The notes beneath the pieces are model-generated. The model worked only from the letters and a program-made list of their open reading frames with translations. It was not told the DNA's origin and searched no databases. From positions 434,001 through 498,000 of the IMG/VR virus record IMGVR_UViG_3300027749_002876: a stretch of 64,000 bases of DNA, one strand, 5' to 3'. Positions within the stretch are counted from its first letter, which is position 1, and every line of letters starts with the position of its first letter. The translations under genes and the position numbers were made by a program. This document shows positions 19,154-28,356 of the stretch, piece by piece.

Positions 19154-20101
19154 ATGCAATTCAGTGGAATGACAATATCGGGTGGGATAACGGTAGTTTA
19201 TATCCCTCCTCCCTCAAACAAGGCTATATTTGGATACGGCGTCAATAATGCCGATAGTATGGTTTCAATTACAAACCTAGTATCAAACACTGGTGTTGTT
19301 GCGACTGATACTGCAGGTGTCGGTACTGGTAGGCGAAACCTAGGCGGTGCAGGTTATGGTACTGATAAAGCTATCTTTGGATATGGGCAAACTAGTAGTT
19401 TATTATTCTCACTGACCAATCTTGTAAGTAATACAGGAGTAGTTGCCACAGATACAGCAGGTGTTGGTACTGCTAGAAGTAATCTTGCGGCTGCTGGGTA
19501 TGGTGGTGATAAAGCTATATTTGGATATGGGGCAAATCTCAATCAAGATGTGATGTATTCATTAACTAATTTGGTATCAAACACTGGTGTAGTTGCTACA
19601 GATACTACAGGCGTTGGTACTAGTAGATTCCAACTGGCAGCCGCAGGTTATGGTACTGATAAAGCTATCTTTGGATATGGGTACAATAGTAGTTTTACTC
19701 CACTTTCAATTACTAACCTAATAAGTAATACCGGTGTAGTTGGTAATGATGTTACTGGTGTTGGAACTGCTAGAACTGCACTAGCGGCTACTGGATATGG
19801 CACTGATAAAGCTATTTTTGGATACGGATACGCAGGAGGCGTTCAATCAATAACTAACCTAGTATCAAATACAGGCGTAGTGGCCAGTAATACAACAGGT
19901 GTAGGTACTGCTAGATATAACCTTGCGGCCGCAGGTTATGGTGTTGATACTGCTATTTTTGGATATGGAGTTGGTCCTGCAAGTCCACCGTATCTATCAA
20001 TGACCAACCTAGTATCAAACACAGGGATAGTCGCAACAGATACCACAGGTGTAGGTACTGCTAGATACGGATTGGCAGCCGCTAGTTACGGGTTATCATA
20101 A
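19154..20101 (+). CDS. six-blade Kelch-like beta-propeller repeat protein (paralog B)
   Basis: Six copies of the same repeat; same N-terminal leader FSGMTISGG. Confidence 0.75.
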   Translation: MQFSGMTISGGITVVYIPPPSNKAIFGYGVNNADSMVSITNLVSNTGVVATDTAGVGTGRRNLGGAGYGTDKAIFGYGQTSSLLFSLTNLVSNTGVVATDTAGVGTARSNLAAAGYGGDKAIFGYGANLNQDVMYSLTNLVSNTGVVATDTTGVGTSRFQLAAAGYGTDKAIFGYGYNSSFTPLSITNLISNTGVVGNDVTGVGTARTALAATGYGTDKAIFGYGYAGGVQSITNLVSNTGVVASNTTGVGTARYNLAAAGYGVDTAIFGYGVGPASPPYLSMTNLVSNTGIVATDTTGVGTARYGLAAASYGLS

Positions 20102-20170
20102 ACCCTAAAAATTTTTACTCACACAAATTAGCTAATAAATATCTCTATACACAACCTATAGAGAGAAAAA

Positions 20171-20839
20171 ATGGCATCAAATCTAAATTCAGAATTTAAC
20201 TACCGTTACCAGGTGATCGGTTCAACACCCTGGGAAAAAATCAAAACACTTCAAGGCTTCTATGTAGGTCGCAAACGAGCGGCCGTACTAGAAGAAGTGG
20301 CTGAATTAAAATATCAAGCTAAACTTGAAGAACTAAAACATCTAAAAACAGTTCCAGCACTACCGCATATTATGCTTAATCTACAAGCAGAAATCATTGA
20401 GTTGGAATCACACTTGGATGACCAAAAACATGCTTTCGAACTTAATCGCAAAGAGATTAAAATATTAGAAAAATACATGGCTGAACTTTATGCTGAAGTT
20501 GAACCAACAAGACTTAAGCATCCAGATGGTACACCGTATACCGATGATGAGATGTTTGAAGCTAATGCTAACTATGAATTCACAGTCACAGTTGGTCGTG
20601 AGATTCAATCGGAAATCATTGCAATGGGTAGACCTAGTCCAGCTAAACTACTCAATGCTATGAGTAATCCACAAACATTAAATTCATTAATGCAAATTGG
20701 TCTTGTACCACAAGGTACTATATTACTAGAGCAGAAAGATATTATGTTAGAATTAACTAATCAATCAACTACAACAGTAATGGATGCACCAAAAGAATTA
20801 GAAAGTAACACTTCTAAGAAGAAAACAAAGAAAAAGTAA
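20171..20839 (+). CDS. coiled-coil hypothetical protein
   Basis: 222 aa, helical heptad pattern, basic C-terminal tail. Confidence 0.75.
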   Translation: MASNLNSEFNYRYQVIGSTPWEKIKTLQGFYVGRKRAAVLEEVAELKYQAKLEELKHLKTVPALPHIMLNLQAEIIELESHLDDQKHAFELNRKEIKILEKYMAELYAEVEPTRLKHPDGTPYTDDEMFEANANYEFTVTVGREIQSEIIAMGRPSPAKLLNAMSNPQTLNSLMQIGLVPQGTILLEQKDIMLELTNQSTTTVMDAPKELESNTSKKKTKKK

Positions 20840-20861
20840 TAGTATAATACTTACAGAAAAG

Positions 20862-20884
20862 AGGCTCACTATGAGCCTTTTTTT
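20862..20884 (+). terminator. intrinsic terminator
   Basis: AGGCTCA-CTA-TGAGCCT followed by a T run. Confidence 0.8.
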
Positions 20885-20911
20885 GATAAATAAGTTGAAG
20901 GAAGATATATT

Positions 20912-21283
20912 ATGTCAATAACGATAACAGGTGGTTTTACATTGGCTGGTGGTGGATGGACTGTTGCTCCCGCACCACCTACAGGTAATAAAGCTATCTT
21001 TGGATACGGTAGCAATGGATCTAATGTGTCAATGACTAACCTAGTAAGTAATGCAGGTATTGTTGCTGCTGACACTACTGGAGTAGGTACTGCTAGACGT
21101 TATCTAGCAGCCGCAGGTTATGGTACTGATAAAGCTATATTTGGTTATGGAACTATTGCTGGTAATCTTGGGGATACCTATTCACTAACTAACCTAGTAT
21201 CAAACACGGGTGTAGTAGCTACAAATACTGCTGGTGTAGGTACTGCCAGATACAGCCCTTCGGCTGCAGCCTACAGCTCATAA
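20912..21283 (+). CDS. two-blade Kelch-like repeat protein (paralog C)
   Basis: Two KAIFGYG repeats plus closing strand PSAAAYSS; own TAAATA upstream. Confidence 0.7.
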   Translation: MSITITGGFTLAGGGWTVAPAPPTGNKAIFGYGSNGSNVSMTNLVSNAGIVAADTTGVGTARRYLAAAGYGTDKAIFGYGTIAGNLGDTYSLTNLVSNTGVVATNTAGVGTARYSPSAAAYSS

Positions 21284-21357
21284 CCTAACAAACCAAAGGG
21301 TAAATCAAACTAGCATTTACCTACACATTCTGTTATAATCAAACGAATAGGATAAAA

Positions 21358-21672
21358 ATGAAATATCTACTACTCGCCGTATCCTTAGGAATAACAAACA
21401 TCTCCTATTCGCAAAAACTAGAACAAACAATAAAAGCTGAATTACCTTGTTATGATACAACAGAACTCTTTAAAAGTCTTAGAGAGAAATTCAAAGAACT
21501 ACCTTTACTAACAGGCAAAGCAGATGATGAAGCAAACTCAACAATGAGTCTTTGGTTGAATCCTGTTGATAACAATTGGACAATAATCGCAACTAAGAAA
21601 GAACTAAGTTGTGTTGTTGGAGCTGGAACTGATATGAAAATTATCTCAACCAGAAAAGGAACAAATGTATGA
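21358..21672 (+). CDS. secreted hypothetical protein
   Basis: Signal-peptide-like N-term; two Cys; extended -10 TGTTATAAT at 21331-21339; ATGA-coupled to the peptidase. Confidence 0.7.
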   Translation: MKYLLLAVSLGITNISYSQKLEQTIKAELPCYDTTELFKSLREKFKELPLLTGKADDEANSTMSLWLNPVDNNWTIIATKKELSCVVGAGTDMKIISTRKGTNV

Positions 21673-22406
21673 TTAAAAAACTGTTAGTAATATTAACACT
21701 GGTAACAAGTTCTGTATATGCTGACCAAACATTAACAGCACAAGCTTGGCTAGTAGCCGATCACAATGGAAAAATACTTGAAGGTTCCAACACAACAGAA
21801 ATTCGTAGTATAGCAAGTATCACTAAACTAATGACTTCAATGGTTGTACTAGATGCAGGACAATCACTCACAGAAATCATTCCAAAAAAATTATACAACA
21901 AGCAACTAACCAGAGAAACACTAATTGATTTGGCAATTGTAAAATCAGACAACAATGCTGCCAAACTATTATGTGATTACTATCCGGGAGGATATGACAG
22001 TTGTATCATAGCAATGAATAACAAAGCACATTCATTACAAATGAATCAATCAACATTTACTGATCCAACTGGCAGGATGCATACAAATGTAAGTACTGCG
22101 GAAGATTTGATTAAGTTAGTATTTGCGGCAAGTACATACCCACTCATAGTTCAAGCAAGTAATATGGATGCAGTACGTTGGAACGTCAATAAGAAGAAAA
22201 ATGTTGAGTTAAGAAACACTAACACTTTAGTAGGACATGGTTATAAATTCCTAGTCAGTAAGACAGGATTTATCAACAAAGCAGGTGGATGTATCGTTAT
22301 GATGATTGATACTGTATATGGTATCAGAACAGTTGTATTGTTAGGAAGTAAAAATACAAAGACCCGTATCCCTGAAGCACAGATGCTATCGCAGGTTATT
22401 CGATAA
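21669..22406 (+). CDS. D-alanyl-D-alanine carboxy/endopeptidase, S11 family (PBP7-like)
   Basis: Signal peptide; SITK (SxxK), SDN (SxN), KTG motifs. Confidence 0.9.
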   Translation: MIKKLLVILTLVTSSVYADQTLTAQAWLVADHNGKILEGSNTTEIRSIASITKLMTSMVVLDAGQSLTEIIPKKLYNKQLTRETLIDLAIVKSDNNAAKLLCDYYPGGYDSCIIAMNNKAHSLQMNQSTFTDPTGRMHTNVSTAEDLIKLVFAASTYPLIVQASNMDAVRWNVNKKKNVELRNTNTLVGHGYKFLVSKTGFINKAGGCIVMMIDTVYGIRTVVLLGSKNTKTRIPEAQMLSQVIR

Positions 22407-22665
22407 TCTTTTTGTATTGACTAGCATCACGCTTTGGGATGTAATCAACTCCGGGTACAGGACTGAAATCTCTCACAAGTTCTTGCTTCATCTCATCACC
22501 ATACTTCAATGTAATATAGCTGAATGACTGTTCATGCTTATCATTCATACCAATAATTAAATATTGATACCAACGGAATCTTTCATCAATTATTTTTTTG
22601 ACAATGGTATCATTGAGTATATCATCAAAGTTATTGTTTTCACGGTAAAAGGTATAGTATTTCAT
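22396..22665 (-). CDS. hypothetical protein
   Basis: ATGA-coupled start MKYYTF at 22665. Confidence 0.7.
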   Translation of the reverse strand: MKYYTFYRENNNFDDILNDTIVKKIIDERFRWYQYLIIGMNDKHEQSFSYITLKYGDEMKQELVRDFSPVPGVDYIPKRDASQYKKIIE

Positions 22666-22862
22666 TTTTTCCAAAGTATAAAGTTTATGTAATCGGATTC
22701 AGTTTCAAAATAGAAATCATATAATCCACCATCACGTCCAGCTGGTACTACACAATCATAGCCCCAATCATTAACACAGTTTCGCTGACACCAATCGATG
22801 ACGGGTTTTAGTTCCCCATAACCAATTGTGATTCTAGTCTTGTATTGAGTATTTGGTGACAT
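22662..22862 (-). CDS. small hypothetical protein (DWC...F-FETE-DY--F-L family)
   Basis: 66 aa; similar pattern in 63020-63271. Confidence 0.7.
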   Translation of the reverse strand: MSPNTQYKTRITIGYGELKPVIDWCQRNCVNDWGYDCVVPAGRDGGLYDFYFETESDYINFILWKK

Positions 22863-23334
22863 TCACACCGCCTTGTTCTAAAAATTCTAATCCTCTACTA
22901 TCTCTATATGCATCACGATAATAAATCTGTTTGATACCAGATTGATATATAGCTTTTGCACAATGGATACAAGGAGCATGTGTCACAAATAATGTAGCAC
23001 CATCACTAGATTCAGTACTTGCGGACACTTTTGAAATTACATTCATTTCTGCGTGGAGTACCTCATCCTTAGTAACTAGTCGATATCTACGATTACTTTC
23101 TACAGTAATATCATATTCTTCAAATGGATATAGTTGTCCGTCCCAATTATCACCGGGCATGTATTCTTTATATTCACATTCGTTAGTCCATCCAGTTGGC
23201 ATACCATTGTATCCTGTACCTAGAATTTTGTTACCTTTAACAATAACAGCACCGACATTTAATCTAATAGCACTACTTAACTTACTAGTTAGTTCAGCTA
23301 TATCCATGTAATAATTTATAAATTTTTGTTTCAT
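22834..23334 (-). CDS. dCMP deaminase
   Basis: [24 protein letters not shown] zinc motifs. Confidence 0.92.
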   Translation of the reverse strand: MKQKFINYYMDIAELTSKLSSAIRLNVGAVIVKGNKILGTGYNGMPTGWTNECEYKEYMPGDNWDGQLYPFEEYDITVESNRRYRLVTKDEVLHAEMNVISKVSASTESSDGATLFVTHAPCIHCAKAIYQSGIKQIYYRDAYRDSRGLEFLEQGGVNVTKYSIQD

Positions 23335-23660
23335 TCAATAATTTCAATGCGTTTGTTTGGTATACCATCATATTCACTTGCATCAGGTAATGGTGATTTC
23401 TTTTTAGTAATGACTGACCATTTATTACTAAGTCGTACATTAACATCGAACCAATATTGATTTTCAACTGGATCTTTAATATCTTCCTGTGCTACAATAG
23501 CATTGACCGGACATTCAGGGATGCATACTGCACAATCAATGCACTCATCAGGATTAATTACAAGGAAGTTAGGTCCTTCATAAAAACAATCTACTGGGCA
23601 AACATCAACACAGTCTGTGTGTTTACATTTGATACAATTCTCTGTAACTAAGTGTGTCAT
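23331..23660 (-). CDS. fdxA: 7Fe ferredoxin (FdxA-like)
   Basis: [47 protein letters not shown]. Confidence 0.93.
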   Translation of the reverse strand: MTHLVTENCIKCKHTDCVDVCPVDCFYEGPNFLVINPDECIDCAVCIPECPVNAIVAQEDIKDPVENQYWFDVNVRLSNKWSVITKKKSPLPDASEYDGIPNKRIEIIE

Positions 23661-23890
23661 TCTAAATACTGTTCCTCTATTAATTCTCTTGCTAAATCTT
23701 CATCAAATAAACATTTTAATACTGTGTCGTTGATATCAAATTTTTTACAAAAAGCTTTTCCAAATTTCACACCTCTGATATGTTCGAAAATATACTCTTT
23801 GCAAAAGATTTCATAATCAGTTTTACTTATTTTGTATTTAGGTGAATTCAAATTCTCTAACGTGTTAATCATACTGCTAAAACAATTCAT
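23657..23890 (-). CDS. hypothetical protein
   Basis: Likely start MNCFSS at 23890, abutting upstream stop; G--FG-AFC-KF motif. Confidence 0.6.
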   Translation of the reverse strand: MNCFSSMINTLENLNSPKYKISKTDYEIFCKEYIFEHIRGVKFGKAFCKKFDINDTVLKCLFDEDLARELIEEQYLE

Positions 23891-23891
23891 C

Positions 23892-24431
23892 TTAATCCCA
23901 CAAACTTCTATAATACTTACCAAACAATTCGAGTCCTTCTTGAATTCGATCTTCATGTAGTTGATGCCCTTCACTATCATACCAATGTTTATCAGGGTTT
24001 TTATCAACCATTTTATATGTTGATTCTACTTTACCTGTTATAGGGTTGGGGAATGTTTTATCACTTTTAACCCAATCATACTCACTAGTACCATGATGAT
24101 ATTTGTTACTATAATCATCTACTGTAAGTTGTTGGAAACTCCAAATCATTTTATCTAGTATTTCATCCCACTTTTTTGATGCTATCTCCCAAGCTTCATC
24201 ATGTGTTTCTTTATAGAAATCAAAACTCTGCTGATCCACATAATCTTCACCACCTACATTTTCTACTATTCCACCTGGCACGCCATTCTTTGAAGCTTTA
24301 AGCTGTAGTAATCCTGGGTAAATGATATGAGCAAGAGTGTGGTCAAAACTCCATGTATCAAACTTATCAATTTGTATATCAATTTTTCTTCTATTGCCCT
24401 TTTTAGGAAAGGGCCCAATTTTAACTTTCAT
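23892..24431 (-). CDS. conserved phage hypothetical protein
   Basis: Likely start MKVKIG; DTWSFDHTLA-II-PGL-QLK, W--ILDKMIWSF, GLELFGKYY--LWD. Confidence 0.8.
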   Translation of the reverse strand: MKVKIGPFPKKGNRRKIDIQIDKFDTWSFDHTLAHIIYPGLLQLKASKNGVPGGIVENVGGEDYVDQQSFDFYKETHDEAWEIASKKWDEILDKMIWSFQQLTVDDYSNKYHHGTSEYDWVKSDKTFPNPITGKVESTYKMVDKNPDKHWYDSEGHQLHEDRIQEGLELFGKYYRSLWD

Positions 24432-24777
24432 TTTTTTCCTTAACACTACCATCAACAAATACTAACATTTCTTTATTATGTTCTACTATGGCGTATTGTA
24501 TGTTCTTATATTTTTGTGCCAATTTTGCCAACTCACCTAATGTTTTACCCTGACATATAAACGTATTTTTTTCATATTCATATAGATACATTATATCATT
24601 ATTATATTCAACAAACAGTTTATCAATAGTTGGCTTAGCTTCTTCATCTAAATCAATAAGAATACCTTGCAATTTAGCTTCCTTATAAATCAAATGACGT
24701 ATACGATATGCAAATATCGACTCACCTACATAAAAGCCAATAGCAAACACGACCAACAGTATAATAATTTCGAACAT
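24421..24777 (-). CDS. membrane-anchored hypothetical protein
   Basis: N-terminal transmembrane segment. Confidence 0.7.
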   Translation of the reverse strand: MFEIIILLVVFAIGFYVGESIFAYRIRHLIYKEAKLQGILIDLDEEAKPTIDKLFVEYNNDIMYLYEYEKNTFICQGKTLGELAKLAQKYKNIQYAIVEHNKEMLVFVDGSVKEKNES

Positions 24778-24780
24778 AGC

Positions 24781-25062
24781 TTATTTAGTAATAGTTAGAT
24801 TAGACCATTGTTTCAGTTTTTTAAACTTTGCTTTTTTGGCTTCTTTAAGACCCTGTGTAGTGACACCTACCTTATTATCAATAAGTAACTCAATCATTGC
24901 TTGCAAGTCTCCTATTTCTTTTTGTAATCGTTCCATATTAGTAACGTTCATGCCTTCCATCATTTGGTCTGGACCAAATCTAAAACATTTGCTAACCTCT
25001 ACAATAACCTCAGCACATTCTTCTTGTAGAATGGTTAGTATTTCTTTTGTGTCATCATTCAT
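24781..25062 (-). CDS. MazG-like NTP pyrophosphohydrolase
   Basis: LQEECAEVI and L-KEIGDL motifs. Confidence 0.8.
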   Translation of the reverse strand: MNDDTKEILTILQEECAEVIVEVSKCFRFGPDQMMEGMNVTNMERLQKEIGDLQAMIELLIDNKVGVTTQGLKEAKKAKFKKLKQWSNLTITK

Positions 25063-25063
25063 A

Positions 25064-25225
25064 TTAAACTCCTAACTTATCGGTTATATATAAAAAAACA
25101 ATTGCAAAATTAACTGCAAACACAATTCCGTCCATGTAATACATCCATTTTGGATTAAGTGTGTAATCTTTGGTAGCAAGTAAACGACCAAAAAATAACA
25201 CAACACCTATATTTATTAATATCAT
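25064..25225 (-). CDS. small two-TM membrane protein, 53 aa, not in the ORF track
   Basis: MILINIGVVLFFGRLL...GIVFAVNFAIVFLYI; ATGA-coupled. Confidence 0.55.
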   Translation of the reverse strand: MILINIGVVLFFGRLLATKDYTLNPKWMYYMDGIVFAVNFAIVFLYITDKLGV

Positions 25226-25737
25226 TTTTCTTTCCTAGTTGCTTTACTCATAACATATTTTTCGTGATAGGGTTTCCAATCAGTTAAGTAATGTTCGCTT
25301 TTAACCCAACGATCTCGTCCTGTTCTTGTTTTAGTCAAGAAACCCCATTCACGTTGTTGAGGTCCCATAAAAAACAATGTAGTAGCAGTAGTACCTTCTT
25401 CTAATTCAAGCCAATGATACTCACCTGCACTACGCTTGATGATACTACCAGGACCACGCCATGTTTGAAATTCAGTAATCATTTTACCATCATTGTCAAA
25501 CACTGGGGTATGCTCCCAATAACCACCACTCAATATAATTGTCATATAAGCCCAAGGATGATCGTGCATGATTGGATCATCACTGCGTACAATTTTATGT
25601 AGTGTGACATTGAATGGGAACCAAGTACGGTCTTTGAGAAATAAGTAGTATCGATGCATGTAATCTAGACCTGTTCTACGGTCGGGAATCAAACGATAAC
25701 GACCTAATTTATTCATAATTTTGTGAAATAAACTCAT
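25222..25737 (-). CDS. cupin-fold protein
   Basis: LHKI-RSD----HDHPW-Y-TIILSGGYWE. Confidence 0.75.
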   Translation of the reverse strand: MSLFHKIMNKLGRYRLIPDRRTGLDYMHRYYLFLKDRTWFPFNVTLHKIVRSDDPIMHDHPWAYMTIILSGGYWEHTPVFDNDGKMITEFQTWRGPGSIIKRSAGEYHWLELEEGTTATTLFFMGPQQREWGFLTKTRTGRDRWVKSEHYLTDWKPYHEKYVMSKATRKEK

Positions 25738-25804
25738 TGGAAACTCCTATTGCGATGTATCATTATAGCATACTATTGAATTAAATGCAAGATATAGATG
25801 TGGT

Positions 25805-25828
25805 AAAAGGGTGACGAATCACCCTTTT
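25805..25828 (-). terminator. intrinsic terminator (UUCG loop on the minus strand)
   Basis: AAAAGGGTGA-CGAA-TCACCCTTTT. Confidence 0.85.
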
Positions 25829-25849
25829 TGTTTTATCTCAATACAGAGA

Positions 25850-26110
25850 TTAAACTAGACCAAGTGCCATTGCACGATAGCCTGCGGCTACCACTGCACG
25901 TGCTGGTGTACCCAAACGATACTTAGTGAATGTCTCACCACGCTTGTTTGTACGCTTGTTAGCGTAAACAGCAAAACCACCGCGGATGCGAAGGTCGCTT
26001 ACGGTTGCTGTTGGATTAGCAATACCGAATCGTGCGGTGATTTGCTTTGCAGTGAGTTCTTCACCGTTCTTTAGTGCCTCGAGTAAGGCTGTTTGCTTAG
26101 TTACGTTCAT
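25850..26110 (-). CDS. helix-turn-helix DNA-binding protein
   Basis: Start MNVTKQ with AAGGA RBS; LLEAL--GEELTAKQI---FGI-NP-A-VSDLR. Confidence 0.75.
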   Translation of the reverse strand: MNVTKQTALLEALKNGEELTAKQITARFGIANPTATVSDLRIRGGFAVYANKRTNKRGETFTKYRLGTPARAVVAAGYRAMALGLV

Positions 26111-26206
26111 TTTATTTTCCTTAAAAATTTCGTTGTTCTCACAACGTGTATAGATTATACGATATATTCTACTATCGTACAAGATATTCTGGACACCTTG
26201 TTTCAT

Positions 26207-27049
26207 TTAGATGTCCAAAAACTTTAACTCAAACACATCGGCTTGAGGATCATGGCCCTTATAACCACGAGGATTACATACCACTCTGGTTGAGCCAATA
26301 GTATAATCAAATGGATCATGCATATGACCATGAGTCCATAATACAATCTCTGGATGATCCATAATAAATTCATCTAAGTCACTGCGATAACCACCATTCA
26401 TGTGTGTCTCGTATTGATATCTAGGATGTGTACTCTTTGCAGAAGGACCGTGATGGCCTACAAACACAACCTTCTTATCCTTCATGTCGGGCAATACTGC
26501 TTTGAGATAACTCATTGTTTGATGATGACGTTTTATTGTACTATCAGGATGCAATCTAGCAAACTCATGTTCATCGTTGCGAATAACACGATAATCATTC
26601 ATCATGCCATTCAATGTCAATATGGTTAATCTATCGTTTCTATTACAGTCAGTCCATAGTGTAGCACCAATAAAGGACACTTCATTGATAACCTTGATAT
26701 CACGTTCTAAAAAGTAAATATTTGGATATCTGTCACATTCAGTGCGTAGATGGTCTAAACTTTGGTTCCATCTGCCGTGATAGAATTCATGGTTACCCGC
26801 AACATAAACAACATGAGGAAACTCGTTACTTACTCTATTTAAAAAAGCACGGAACTTTTGTGCGGTTTTTTGTCGTTTACTCAATTCAGCATATGGAGCA
26901 TACGGATTTGTTACAGTAGGAGGATGACTATGTAAATCTGCCGCCAACATAATATCACCCGATAATATAAGGACCTCAGCACCTTCTGTATTTTTGAGGT
27001 TAATATCTTCAAATTCTAAATGCAGGTCACTACATAATGCTATTTTCAT
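26207..27049 (-). CDS. calcineurin-like metallophosphoesterase
   Basis: SDLH, GDI, GNHE, GHH, WTHGHMH all intact. Confidence 0.92.
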   Translation of the reverse strand: MKIALCSDLHLEFEDINLKNTEGAEVLILSGDIMLAADLHSHPPTVTNPYAPYAELSKRQKTAQKFRAFLNRVSNEFPHVVYVAGNHEFYHGRWNQSLDHLRTECDRYPNIYFLERDIKVINEVSFIGATLWTDCNRNDRLTILTLNGMMNDYRVIRNDEHEFARLHPDSTIKRHHQTMSYLKAVLPDMKDKKVVFVGHHGPSAKSTHPRYQYETHMNGGYRSDLDEFIMDHPEIVLWTHGHMHDPFDYTIGSTRVVCNPRGYKGHDPQADVFELKFLDI

Positions 27050-27054
27050 TTTAT

Positions 27055-27297
27055 TTAACTATGTTTCAAAACAAAGAATACCTCATCTGTATTGATTTGT
27101 ATTCTACTCAAAGAACCTTTTTTATCCAATATATATTCAATATCGTAATTGTATTTGTTCTTTAGTAAATTTTTTACTAGGGGTCTAAACTCTCCCTGAA
27201 TATACCTAGTATCTTTTGTTGCTTCTCCAATTAAATTACAAACAGCAATTGCAACATTTCCGTGTTTCCAAGGATCAGTCATGTCAATGTCAATCAT
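27055..27297 (-). CDS. hypothetical protein
   Basis: 80 aa, ATGA-coupled. Confidence 0.6.
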   Translation of the reverse strand: MIDIDMTDPWKHGNVAIAVCNLIGEATKDTRYIQGEFRPLVKNLLKNKYNYDIEYILDKKGSLSRIQINTDEVFFVLKHS

Positions 27298-27623
27298 ACT
27301 AACTCCGCAATATGTTTACATGTACCACGATACATGTAGCCGGGGCATGTACATGTTTTGTCTTCGGTATCGATGGAATAGACATTACCTTTACTACCGG
27401 ACACTTTAACGATTGTACTCTTTTCCTTAACTGCCTTGAAAGGATTGGGTTTTACTGTAGTAAACTTACGACCACGCTTGTCAATTGTGATCGGGGTTTT
27501 GAAATAGACAGGAGTAGTAGAACCAACCTTGATGTATGCAACCATTTTGGTTCCATCAAGTAAGTATGTGTGATTAGCAAGGTTGCTATCATTCCAAACA
27601 GTTGTTTCTACTACTGCTTCCAT
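27294..27623 (-). CDS. SWIM zinc-finger protein
   Basis: GSKGNVY-I------CTCPGY-YRG-CKHI. Confidence 0.8.
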   Translation of the reverse strand: MEAVVETTVWNDSNLANHTYLLDGTKMVAYIKVGSTTPVYFKTPITIDKRGRKFTTVKPNPFKAVKEKSTIVKVSGSKGNVYSIDTEDKTCTCPGYMYRGTCKHIAELV

Positions 27624-27624
27624 A

Positions 27625-28095
27625 TTAAGCTACCTCTAATTCTGCTTCTTTGGCAATTGCCTCTGTCAACAACTTAAAGTCTCCACCATGATCGGATACG
27701 AACCAAGTAGCAACACCATCGATGTTTCGCAAAAGATAATCGTATTCTTCTTCTTGACCATCAACTAAAAAATGTAGATAATCGTTATAGTATGTTGCAT
27801 CGGATTGGCCTTCACCACGATCACGACCATAGAATGTACACATGTCACGATACAGGTTAACGTATTCATCCTGTGTCATGTTTGCTTCAAACATACTGAA
27901 GGGATGTTTTGTACCAATTGTTGGGTGCAAGCTAGACAAGCTACCGAGGTCGATCAAATCACGCAAGATAAAGGGATTAGAATAATACTCTTGCAACATT
28001 TTACCGTTGTGAGACAAGTAACCATCCCAGTGACAATACACTTGACCGATAGTACCATCTGCAAATTCGAGAGCGATTGTTGAACGTGTAGCCAT
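27625..28095 (-). CDS. conserved phage hypothetical protein
   Basis: MATRS-I...VYCHWDGYL---G--L-E-Y; EEYDYL. Confidence 0.8.
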   Translation of the reverse strand: MATRSTIALEFADGTIGQVYCHWDGYLSHNGKMLQEYYSNPFILRDLIDLGSLSSLHPTIGTKHPFSMFEANMTQDEYVNLYRDMCTFYGRDRGEGQSDATYYNDYLHFLVDGQEEEYDYLLRNIDGVATWFVSDHGGDFKLLTEAIAKEAELEVA

Positions 28096-28110
28096 TTTGT
28101 TTATCCTATA

Positions 28111-28356
28111 TTAGAAAAAAATTACTTCTGTGGTAACAACAACTGTTAAGTCTGTTCTGGAAGTTTGATATGATGACATATGCCCGGGGGTACCGTATAC
28201 GTTCATGTATGAAGATTGGTGCTTTGCACGATTTTCTGTTGACAGTGATTTGACAATCTCAGGTACCTGAGATTTAATGTCAACACCATCAACCCATTTG
28301 TAAACTTCCCAACGATTGTCAGTCTTGCTAAGACCATAAGTGAAAAAATTGCTCAT
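28111..28356 (-). CDS. hypothetical early protein
   Basis: 81 aa; AGGAG RBS; own promoter copy. Confidence 0.7.
   Translation of the reverse strand: MSNFFTYGLSKTDNRWEVYKWVDGVDIKSQVPEIVKSLSTENRAKHQSSYMNVYGTPGHMSSYQTSRTDLTVVVTTEVIFF

Noticed and set aside
17969-21283. Conserved DNA repeats with variable spacers resembling a CRISPR array
   Set aside because: Repeats are about 100 bp, in frame, differ mostly at synonymous sites and lie in ORFs; no cas genes seen
17969-21283. Diversity-generating retroelement template/variable pair
   Set aside because: No reverse transcriptase in the window; differences between repeats involve all four bases and loop-length changes, not adenine-only substitutions
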